Assembly (NCBI RefSeq): GCF_963921235.1
Contig: NC_086097.1
Span: forward strand, 240,562,001-240,626,000
Direction of reading: 5' to 3'
DNA from: Mobula hypostoma
Taxonomy: Eukaryota
Length of the DNA: 64,000 nucleotides
Under the pieces are notes generated by a model that saw only the letters and a program-made list of their open reading frames with translations, was not told the DNA's origin and did not search any database. The first letter of the stretch is position 1. Each line of letters opens with the position of its first letter. This document shows positions 38,462 through 49,139 of this stretch, piece after piece. A program made the translations under genes and the position numbers.

Positions 38462-39003
38462 TGGCTCACGGTGTGTGGGGTGTCCAGAGAGGGGTAGCAC
38501 CTCTGTGAAGAGACTTGCTGTGTTCACTCACAGCTCCCTCACCTTTGGTGTCCCCCAGACACTCTGCTCTCTGCTGTGGCTCCAAATAGTTGTTTGCATG
38601 CGACAGCAGCTTCTTCCTGGCACACTACTTCGACAGGCAGTCTAAACCAGGTGAGGGTCGCTGGTGGGCCTCACACTCCAGTGAGGTAGGGACATGCCTG
38701 GCCTAGCATGTGAAGTCAACTTCGGTGGACTGGGCGGATGAGATCAACAGTGAGATCCAACAGCCAGGATGGTGGCTATGAAACGCTTTGTGGAGAATGA
38801 AGGATGTGACACAGTGCAGAAGTAGTCATGGTCGTCCACTGCTAGCAAGAAAGACCCCAGTGTGTGAAGACTACTCGTACCACTGGACCCAAACTTCCGA
38901 GGTTGAGAGAGGAGAACTGCCCCAGTGCAATAGTTTTTTCCACTTTGAAATCTTCCCATACAGGTTTGATCTGTCATCATTGGCTACAACTGACAACCGA
39001 TCA
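38462..39003 (+). mobile_element. Unclassified insertion resembling an RTE 5'-UTR derivative
   Basis: GC-richer block interrupting a Rex1-type 3' UTR (ttgtactacc...cacctcaatgcac). No recognisable ORF. Confidence 0.35.
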
Positions 39004-39175
39004 CCTCAATGCACCATGTAATGACTTGATGTGAATGGCAAGCTTTCTGCTGTACCTCAGTACATGTGACAATACCAGACACATTCCAATTTCAACAACC
39101 GTAATGTTGGGTTACTTTGCTATCAGGTTCATTAGCTCAGATTGTTTGAACCCTTATCAAATATCAGAATCCTAA

Positions 39176-39401
39176 TGCAAACACGAGGAATTCTGCAGAT
39201 GCTGGAAATTCAAGCAACACACATCAAAGTTGCTGGTGAATGCAGCAGACCAGGCAGCATCTCTAGGAAGAGGTACAGTCGATGTTTCAGGCCGAGACCC
39301 TTCGTCAGGACTCGAAGGGTCTCAGCCTGAAACGTCGACTGTACCTCTTCCTAGAGATGCTGCCTGACCTGCTGCGTTCACCAGCAACTTTGATGCGTGT
39401 A
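39176..39401 (-). mobile_element. Palindromic mini Penelope-like element
   Basis: Minus-strand pLTR 39176-39312 (hammerhead at 39277-39312) plus inverted arm 39313-39401. 13-bp TSD atc(a/g)gaatcctaa at 39163-39175 and 39402-39414. Confidence 0.88.
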
Positions 39402-39509
39402 ATCGGAATCCTAACTTGCTTGTTCACTCTGTCTTCTGTAAACACATCAAATAAATCTGAGAGCTAACACTGGATGGGACACAGTTGTGTCTTCATGTCC
39501 AGTGAAAAC

Positions 39510-42390
39510 CAGTTGCTTAGTGCAAAAATGATATATAACTCGGTTAGCAACCCCTGGCTGAGCAGAGCTATTATGATTAAGAAGTTCTCACCATCGAATC
39601 TACAGTTTGATACAGTAGACCGCCAAGCTCTCTGATGTATACTATCAAAACATAGCTGTCCTGACAAGTACTCACAAATACCGAGGTCACTCTATGTTGG
39701 CATGTACTCAAAATTGCAGTGCTGAATCAGAACTCTTCACTGTGAGAACAGAGACCAAACAGGGCCGTATCATTGCACACACCCTATTTATCATCAATAT
39801 TGCAAAACAAAACTAAGAAGGTCATTAGAAAGAAAAAGATGAATTATGAAAGGAAGCTGGTGACTAATATCAAAGAAGATACTAAAAGCTTTTGTTAAGT
39901 ATTTAAAGGGTAAAAGAGAGTCGAGGGTAGATATAGGACCAATACAAAATGATTCTGGAGATTGTAACGAGAGATGCAGAGATGACAGAGGAACTGAATG
40001 CGTATTTTGCATCAGTCTTCACAGTGCAAGACATCTGCAGTATACCGGACATTCAAGAGTGTCAGGGAAGTGAAGTTTGTGCAGTGAAAATTACGACTGA
40101 GAAGGTGCTCAGGAAGCTTAATGGTCTGAGGGTGGATAAATCTCCTGGACCTGATTGAATGCACCCTTGGGTTCTAAAGGAAGTAGCTGGAGAGATTGCG
40201 GAGACATTAACAATGATCTTTCAAGAATCAATAGATTCTGGAATTGTACCGGATGACAGGAAAAGTGCAAATGTTACTCTGCTATTTAAGAAGGGTGGGA
40301 GGCAGCAGAAAGGAAACTATAGACCTGTTAGCCTGATATCAGTGGTTGGGAAGTTGTTGGAATCGATTGTTAGAAATGAGATTACAGAGTACCTGGAGGC
40401 ACATGGCAAGATAGGCCAAAGCCAGCACGGTTTCCTGAAAGGAAAATCCTGCCTGACAAACCTACTGCAATTCTTTGAGGAAATTACAAGCAGATAGATG
40501 AAGGAGATGCAGTAGACGTGGTGTACTTGGATTTTCAGAAGGCCTTTGACAAGGTGCCATGCATGAGGCTGTTTAGCAAGATAAGAGTCCATGGAATTAC
40601 AGGGAAGTTACTAGCGTGGGTGGAGCATTGGCTGGTCAGCAGAAAACAGAGAGTGGGAATAAAGGGATCCTATTCTGGCTGGCAGCCAGTTACCAGTGGA
40701 GTTCCACAGGGGTCGGTGTTGGGACCGCTGCTTTATACAATGTATGTCAATGATTTGGACTACGGTATTAATGGATTTGTGGCTAACTTTGCTGATGATA
40801 CAAAGGTAGGTGGAGGAGCGGGTAGTGTTGAGGAAACAGAGCCTGCAGAGAGAGTTAGATAGTTTAGGGGAATGGGCAAAGAAGTGGCAAATGAAATACA
40901 ATGTTGGAAAGTGTATGGTTATGCACTTTGTTGGAAGAAATAAATGGGCAGACTATTATTTAGATGGGGAGAGAATTCAAAATGCAGAGATGCAAAGGGA
41001 CTTGGGAGTCCTTGTGAAAGATACCCTAAGGGTTAACCTCCAGGTTGAGTCGGTGGTAAAGAAGGCAAATGCAATGTTGCCATTCATTTCTAGAGGTATG
41101 GAATATAAGAGCAGGGATGCAATGTTGAGGCTCTATAAGGCACTTGTGAGACCTCACTTGGAGTATTGTGTGCAGTTTTGGGCTCCTTATTTTAGAAAGG
41201 ATATATTGACATTGGAGAGGGTTCAGAAAAGATTCACACGAGTGATTCCAGGAATGAAAGGGTTACCATATGAGGAACGTCTGGCAGCTCTTGGGGTGTA
41301 TTCGCCGGCAATCTCATAGAAACATTCCGAATGTTAAAAGGCTTGAACAGGTTAGATATGACAAAGTTATTTCCTGTGGTAGGGGAACCTATGACAAGAG
41401 GACATGACTTCAGGATTGAAGGAACTGAGATGTTGAAATCAAACTCGCATGGACCACTTGTGCCGGCAGCTCATTCCACACTCTCACAACCCTCTGAGTG
41501 AAGAATTTCCCCCTCATATTCCCCTTAATCTTCTCACCTTTTACCCTTAATCCATGACCTCTGGTTCTAGTCCCACCCAACCTCAGTGGAAAAAGCCTGC
41601 TTGCATTTGCCCTATTTTTACTCCTCATAATTTTGTATATATTTGACTCAGAGATCAGACACTGCCTGAGTAGTGCTAACGGAGCCTATGCAACATTAAG
41701 GATTAGAGTCTTTGAATATGGTGACTTGCAGGTACAAATGCACCTTTTGGTCTACTGAGCAGTTGTCCTTCCTCAATTACTGTATGGAGCTGAATCATCG
41801 ACTGCCTGCAGGAGACACCTGAAATCCGTGGAACAATACCATCAAAGATTTGAGGATCAGCTGAAAGGCCAGATGCATTAACACCAGTGTACAGCAGGAG
41901 GCCAGCATGAACAGCGTCTCCACCACAATGAAGCAACCCCAACTCCAATGGATAGGTCATGTCATCCAGATGCCTACCTCGTGTCTCCCCAAGCAGATCC
42001 TTTACTCCCAGTAGAAGAAAAATCAGTGAGTTTGGTGTGGGAAAAAAAAATGCTTCAGTTAACAGCAAAATCAGCCTGCATAAATTCAACATTACATCTA
42101 AAAACTGGGGTCACATTGCTCTCAATAGATGCACATGCAGGAAATCTGTACAGGAGGGTGCTGCACTGTAGGAGGGCAGCCTCCACTGTACTACAGAGAA
42201 CAAACAGCAGCTGTGTAACTAGAGACTGAACAAACAAAAGACCTAATCACTAACCACAGCCACCACTTGCTCATATCCGTACTGCACCGGAATACGTGTG
42301 GATCACAGGGCAGCCTCTACAGCTACCTGAGGACCCACCAATAGACAAACCCTAGGATGACATGCCTCGAGTGATCGCATTACCACTAGT
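39510..42390 (+). mobile_element. Old RTE-clade LINE relic, split by CR1s
   Basis: 39605-39790 reads FDTVDRQAL*CILSKHSCPDK and ELFTVRTETKQGRIIAHTLF. 41645-42390 reads LPQLLYGAES and LQWIGHVIQMP..LPKQILYS, then a decayed C2H2 finger. Confidence 0.7.
39800..41422 (+). mobile_element. CR1 ORF2 (RT) fragment
   Basis: Encodes KSPGPD, NYRPVSL, SQHGF, YLDFQKAFDKVP, GVPQGSVLGP and FADDTK. Confidence 0.9.
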
Positions 42391-42689
42391 ATATAATGGT
42401 CTTTGTTGCTTCACAAAATAAGTATTTATCTTATATGCTACTTTTCAAAAGTAGATAGAACATAGCAAACAACAAATTAGTGTTCTGATCCTCACAAATA
42501 TGAATAAATATATTTTGGTATTTTCTGTAGAAACAATGTAAGACCTCACAATATTCTAACCATTTATACTAAGATGTTCTTAGGATTAACAGTAACATCT
42601 AAATACTTTTCAGACTGTTATATGAGTAAAAGATGAAGCACTGTATTTGCCCTTGCAATGATATTACCATAGAATGTTAGGTATTAAAA

Positions 42690-43230
42690 CCATAAGATCA
42701 GAAGATATAGTAGCAGAATTGGGCCATTGGGCCCATCAAGTCTGCTCAACCATTTCACTCTCAGTTCCATTCTTCTGCCTTCTCTCCATAATCTTTTATG
42801 CCCCGACATATCAAGAACCTATAATCCTCTGCCTTAAATATACCCAGTGACCTGGCCTCCAGAACCACATGTGGCCAAAAATTCCACAGATTCACCACCC
42901 TCTGGTTAAGGAACTTCCTCCTCATCTCCACTCCAAGTGGATGTCCCTCTATTCTGAGGTTGTGTCCTCTGGTCCAATATTCCACCACCATAGGAAACAT
43001 CCTCTCCACATCCACTCTAACTAGGTCTTTCAACATTTGATAAATATCAATGGGATCCCCCTTCATTCTTCAAAACTCCAGTGAGTAAAGGCCCAGAGCC
43101 ATCAATTGCTCCTCATATGATAAGCCTTTCATTCTCAGAATCATTCTCGTAAATCAGCCCATTCAGTCTGCTCCACCATTCCATCAGGGTTGATTTATTG
43201 TCTCTCTCAACCCTATTCTCCGATCTTCTC
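42690..43230 (-). mobile_element. CR1 3' fragments
   Basis: ORF 42761-43066 encodes the CR1 C-terminus. Confidence 0.8.
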
Positions 43231-43861
43231 CCCAATAATAAGTCCATAAGACTTAAATTCAAACAAAATGTCTCCACTTACAATTAGTGTTTCTTGATTG
43301 GTGCATCTAGATATTTTCAACTACAAATCTGGTCCATCTAAAACATAAATAAAATTTGGTTGAATTTTAACATCACAAAGTTTGCAAATAAAAAGAAAGG
43401 ATAAAAATTCTCAAAGCTTCAAAGGGCAACCCAAGTTAACCTTGGTAATTTCTTTCATCCCATATTTGGAGTGCCTAGCTTTCCTTTCTGTATGAATAAT
43501 CAAAGAACGTAATTGAAAAGATGATATTGAAATCAAACCATATGCAGACCAGAACAAAGCAGCTATGAACAAGTTTCCTTCCCCAAAGAATAATCAAGAT
43601 TCTGAGGCCATGTTAATGGGTAGGATTCTTAGAGGTCCTGCATTGTGATGAATGAAATTAGACTTTAAGTTTTGGAATGTTGGTGATGGATGGGAATTCA
43701 GAGTTAGTTTTGCTGTTCTCTGCACTGTAGCTGTCCTCACTAACAAAAGCAACATTGAAATACTACCACTATACTGGCTTGAAGCACTTGCTCATTAGTT
43801 CCACACTACAGATAGCTAAAACTGCTGCTGATTTATGATTGGTGCCGTAAGGTTGTTATAG

Positions 43862-44350
43862 TCAGGGGTAGTAATGCAGATAAGCTCCCACTGCGTATTA
43901 AATGCTCCCCAACAGCACGCGACTCAAATAGCCTCTGACAACCAAGTCCAGCTCCTGGCCTCCAGGTGCGGCTTGGCTGCTAAGCCCGGCAGAATCGTTT
44001 TGACTGACCGGAGAAGGGGCAAAGGCGGGTTACCGGTGCCTTAAAACCAGTCACTTCAGGCAGATGGGGCCAGTCAGCCGTGGTTGCCAGCTCATCTAAA
44101 AGAAGGAAAACTCTGATCTCAAGCCTCCGTTGCCTTGCAGCTAAACCCACTCATGGGAAAGGTTTCAAGAGTAAACCATGAGGGAAAAATCCAGGGCTGG
44201 AGTCTCTACAACAGTCGAACTGTTGTGATGCAGCTGGTGCCAAACTCTTCTGGTCTCTGCTGTACCTTTGGATTCATCAAGTACGTGCAGGGGGGTAACC
44301 TGTTCCATTGTACGGCCCTGGCTTGCATCTCTAGATGGCTAGAATGCATC
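43862..44350 (+). mobile_element. Non-autonomous RTE 5'-UTR-like element
   Basis: Contains cagctcatctaaaagaaggaaaactctgatctcaagcc, resembling the RTE 5'-UTR motif I recall as ctaggagaaggaaaactctg. Ends in catcat. Confidence 0.5.
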
Positions 44351-44403
44351 ATTTAGAAAAATCTTATGTGGGAAATTTCAAACATGTATGTCATTTTTAG
44401 AGA

Positions 44404-44600
44404 CATAAAAGACTGCAGATGCTGGAATCTGGAGTAAAAGCACTGGAGGAACGCAGCGAGTCAGGCAGCATCTATGAAAGGAAACTGAGAGTCGACGTTT
44501 CAGCTTGAGACCCTTCTCAACCCGAAATGTCAACTGCCCAACTCCCTCCAAAAGTGCAGGCTGACCTGTGGAGTTCCCTAAGCACTTTTTGTGTTGCTCG
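44404..44600. mobile_element. Older palindromic PLE-derived insertion
   Basis: gtcgacgtttcagcttgagacccttc|tcaacccgaaatgtcaactg: two pLTR halves in opposite orientation, joined in hammerhead stem II. Confidence 0.65.
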
Positions 44601-44820
44601 TATTTTTTATGTCTTTTATCTTTTTTTTAACAAAGTATTTTGCCAACCTTAATTTCACTTTCTGTCAATGACCTAAGTTTAATCTTTCCTTCCTGCTGTT
44701 TATAGATAAACTGAACATCTGCTGCTTATCAGACCCTGGTTTAGAGTAAATCTGTACTGAAAAGTCCACAACAGATTTGTGCTACTTGTCAATGAGCTGA
44801 AATGTGAATCTCATCCCTTA

Positions 44821-44957
44821 CAAACAAGAGAAAATCTGCAGATGCTGGAAATCCCAGCAACACACACAAAATGCCAGAGGAACTCAGCAGGCCAGGCAGC
44901 ATCTATGGAAAAGGGGTACAGTCAACGTTTCAAGCCAAGACCCTTCATCAGGACTCA
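44821..44957 (-). mobile_element. Short PLE pLTR insertion
   Basis: TSD atccctta at 44813-44820 and 44958-44965. The insert begins at the hammerhead. Confidence 0.8.
44920..44955 (-). ncRNA. Minimal type I hammerhead ribozyme motif
   Basis: Reverse complement reads agtc-CTGATGA-agggtcttggctt-GAAA-CGTT-gact: canonical core, GUU triplet, GU-rich stem II. Confidence 0.68.
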
Positions 44958-45029
44958 ATCCCTTAGCTTATGGGTGCGAAATCCAGGTCATTAACAAACC
45001 AATCTCACATTCATCTTATTTATTTATTT

Positions 45030-45575
45030 CCAAATTATAGGAAAGATGTCAATACAATTGAGAGAGTACAGAGGAGGTTTACTAAAATGTTGCCTGGGTT
45101 TCATCTGCTAAGTTACAGAGTAAGATTGAACAAGTTAGAACATAGAACATAGATCTTTAGGTCTTTATTCTTTGGAGTGTAGAAGGTTGAGGGGGGGACT
45201 TGATAGAGGTGTTTAAAATTATGAGGGGGATAGATAGAGTTGACGTGGATAGGCTTTTTCCATTGAGAGTGGGGGAGATTCAAACAAGAGGACATGAGTT
45301 GAGAGTTAAAGGGCAAAAGTTTAGGGGTAACATGAGGGGGAACTTCTTTACTCAGAGAGTGGTAGCTGTGTGGAACGAGCTTCCAGCAGAAGTGGTTGAG
45401 GCAGGTTCGATGTTGTCGTTTAAAGTTAGATTGGATAGACATATGGACAGGAAGGGAATGGAGGGTTATGGACCGAGTGCAGGTCGGTGGGACTAGGTGA
45501 GAGTAAGAGTTCGGCATGGACTAGAAGGGCCGACATGGCCTATTTCTGTGCTGTAATTGTTATATGGTTATATAG
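45030..45575 (+). mobile_element. CR1 3' fragment
   Basis: ORF 45200-45496 encodes the CR1 C-terminus, followed by a 3' UTR and tail. Confidence 0.82.
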
Positions 45576-45990
45576 ATACAGCATGAAATAGGCCCTTCTG
45601 ACCCTTTGAGCCATGCTGCCCAGCAATCCCCCAATTAAGTCCTGTCTAATCACAGAACTATTTAAAAGAGAAGGAGAGCAAATCAGAAATAGCTGAGTTA
45701 CAATGAAGTAAAAAATGTTTTCTGTTATGCGTTAAGCATTGCAGTCATCTTTAAAATGGTAAGTGCACCAAGCCTGTGTTACGAAAAAGGTTTCAATTTG
45801 ATGAAACTTTATATTCAGTTCCGCTTCAGTTCAGTGGAACCAGATTTTCAAATTAAATCTGCAAGGATTGTATTAGGCAGCCCTCAAGGACAACTCACTA
45901 ACACTAAACTTTGGAATGGGAGAGGAAACCAGCACACCCAGAGGAAACCCACGGGGTCACAGGAAGAACATACAAACTCCTGACAGACAG

Positions 45991-46730
45991 CAACACACAC
46001 AAAATACAGGAGGAACTCGGTGGGTCAGACAGCATCAATGGAAATGAATAAGCAGTCGACATTCAGGGCCATTACTGAGAAGGAAAGGGGGAGATGCCAG
46101 AATAAATAGCTGGGGGGAGGGGAAGGAGGCTAGTTACTTTATACTTTATACTTTATTGTCACCAAACAATTGATACTAGAGCGTACAATCATTACAGCGC
46201 TATTTGATTCTGCACTTCCCGCTCCCTGGAGTACAAATCGATAGTAAATATTAAAAATTTAAATTATAAATCATAAATAGAAAATAGAAAAATGGAAAGT
46301 AAGGTAGTGCAAAAAAAAACCGAGAGGCAGGTCCGGATATTTGGAGGGTACGGCCTAGATCCGGGTCAGGACCCGTTCAGCAGTCTTATCATAGTTGGAA
46401 AGAAGCTGCTCCCAAATCTGGCCGTACGAGTCTTCAAGCTCCTGAGCCTTCTCCCGGAGGGAAGAGGGATGAAAAGTGTGTTGGCTGGGTGGGTCGCGTC
46501 CTTGATTATCCTGGCAGCACTGCTCCTACAGTGTGCGGTGTAAAGTGAGTCCAAGGACGGAAGATTGGTTTGTGTGATGTGCTGGAAGGTGATGTGTGAA
46601 GCCAGGTTGATAGGAAAGGTCAAGGGCTGGAGAAGAAGGAATCTGAACGGAGAGGAGAGTGGACCATGGGAGAAAGGAAAGCAGTGTGTGTTTCTATGGA
46701 TTCCCAGCATCCGCAAACTTTCTGGTGTTT
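45991..46730 (-). mobile_element. PLE pLTR fragments inside a V-SINE, split by a young Rex1-type 3' end
   Basis: PLE ggaggctag|...|ctggaaggtgat is rejoined across 46135-46582. V-SINE core at 45905-45990. Confidence 0.6.
46135..46582 (-). mobile_element. Young Rex1/Babar 3' end
   Basis: Encodes HPANTLFIPLPSGRRLRS..SFFPTMIRLLN. (aagtata)n tail. Near-identical to 48640-49085. Confidence 0.85.
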
Positions 46731-47704
46731 ATCCTTACAGGGAGTCAAACCTTGACTGATAACATTGGTGCTGTATTAGCATTGTTAGCCGCTACATGTG
46801 TGTGCACCCTTCCAATAGATAAATTCCTGTAGATTTTCTTTATATTATAAAACTATCTTGAGAACAGAATTGAAATACTGATGATTTACCTCATCTGGTG
46901 ACTGTACATGACACAACATTTGCGGTCCTGTGGTGCATTATATCTGCCAAAATATTATTTCAGACATTTCAATTGACTGTTGTTTTCATCCTGCATTTAC
47001 AATTAGAGCCTCCCTTAATTACGTTTTAAACTGGGGTTCTTGTGGCTTAGATTCAGATTAGTTTGTAGAACTTTGAGAACTTGCCAGAATTGAAATCCAA
47101 TCAACGCTTAATAATTCTGCCCGCAATTGCAGACTCTAATCGACTTTGTGTTACTTCAGTGCCTTGTAAAGTGGCAAATCTTTCATTGCACGACAGCCTC
47201 TTGTTTTATCAGCATTAAACAAGAAGAAGATGAGCCCAACAAGTTACCATATGCTATTTCCATTGATGAAGCTGGAATCGCTCCAAAAGCACATGGAAGC
47301 TGGGTACAGTTATCTGAAGAACCTTTCATGTGTTTTCTTCTCTCCTTTCAGATACTTTACTGTTATTTTCATAGAATTAGCAGGAAGATATCAGATATTT
47401 GGCTCATAACAGTTTGTCTCAGCAGATAAATTGTCATGAGCCAAAGTACTGCACACTAAGCTATTTTTCCTGAAATTATATTTTGAAAATGAATAATCAC
47501 TAGAACTTTTGAATATCTGAGTTAGCAGAGTGAAGACCAATTGAATGTGTATCACAGTACATTCCAGTGAACTTTTTTAAAAACTGCCTAATAGTTGTTC
47601 ATTTCCGTAAAAGCTGCACACTTTCACGAACCTGTTAACACAAGCATGAGCAAATTAAATCAATTTTATATTTTTGTATTGATTGAGCCTGATGTGGATC
47701 ACTA

Positions 47705-49085
47705 TCGAGGAGATTTGGTAGGTCACCAAACAGTGGAGCAAATCTCTGCAGATGTACTGTGGAGAGCATTCTAACTGGTTGCATCACTGTTTTATATGGA
47801 GGGGCCACTGCACAGGATCAGAAAAAACTGCAGAGGTTTGGAAGCTCAGCATCTCCATCGTGGGCACTAGAATCACCAGCAGTGAAACATCTCCAGCAGG
47901 CAATACCTCAAAAAAGGTGGCAATCATCATTAAGGACCCCTAACACCCAAGACATGCTCTCTTTTTATTACTGCCATCAGGAATGAGATAACGGAGTCTG
48001 AAGACAAACACTCAACATTTTAGGAAGAGCTTCTTTCCCTCCAACATCATATTCTGAATGGATAATGAAGCAAGCTATGAACACTACTTCACTATTTTTG
48101 CTCTTTTTTTTTGCACTATGCATTTCATTATTTTAATATTGGGGTGAGCATTTGGTCCATTATTGACAGATGACAACAGCTTGTTTAACTCGACAGCCGT
48201 TTTTGTGGTGTTAAACATAAAAACAGACCAGGCGCTATGTCCCAGGGAGAGAACCCACTCAGTCACATGTGATTATCACACACCCCGGTTACGGTCAGGT
48301 TGACCCACAAACACACAAGCGAATAACTATATAATCCCAGCTAAAATGTAACAATAAATGAACTGGAACTTCCCACCATAATCCCACAAAGGCGCTTTAA
48401 CACAAGAACAATAAACAACACTGGTCATTAGGAATGCTGGGGCGGGTTGCCGACCAGACCCCCCTTCCCGAAGGTCATACTATATACTTTATTGTAATTT
48501 ATAGGATTTTTTTAAACTTATGCACTGCTGTGCTGTCACAAAACAACAAATTTCAGGACAGATGTCAGTAATATTAAACCTGATTCCGTTTCTACCAATG
48601 GCGTAGGTAAAAAGAAGCTGCAGAAGATCGTGAACACAGCGCAGCACATCACACAAACCAATCTTCCGTCCCTGGACTCACTTTACACCGCACGCTGTCG
48701 GAGCAGTGCTGCCAGGATAATCAAGGACACGACCCACCCAGCCAACACACTTTTCGTCCCTCTTCCTTCCGGGAGAAGGCTCAGGAGCTTGAAGACTCGT
48801 ACGGCCAGATTTGGGAACAGCTTCTTTCCAACTGTGATAAGACTGCTGAACGGATCCTGACCCGGATCTGGGCCATACCCTCCAAATATCTGGACCTGCC
48901 TCTCGGTTTTTTTTTGCACTACCTTACTTTCCATTTTTCTATTTTCTATTTATGATTTATAATTTAAATTTTTAATATTTACTATCGATTTGTAATCCAG
49001 GGAGCGGGAAGCACAGAATCAAATATTGCTGTGATGATTGTAAGTTCTAGTATCAATTATTTGGCGACAATAAAGTATAAAGTAA
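47705..49085 (+). mobile_element. Old Rex1 3' fragment (47705-48592) followed by a young Rex1 3' end (48600-49085)
   Basis: Encodes ESILTGCITV. ORF 48630-48860. Tails taaacctgattcc and aataaagtataaagt. Confidence 0.8.
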
Positions 49086-49139
49086 GTATTTCAATGATAT
49101 ACTAACAAATAAATACACATGGCTAAAGAAAAAAAGGGG

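Noticed and set aside
47127..47429. 100-aa ORF or exon IKQEEDEPNKLPYAISIDEAGIAPKAHGSW
   Set aside because: No recognisable homology, a weak donor (gtacag) and no partner exons.
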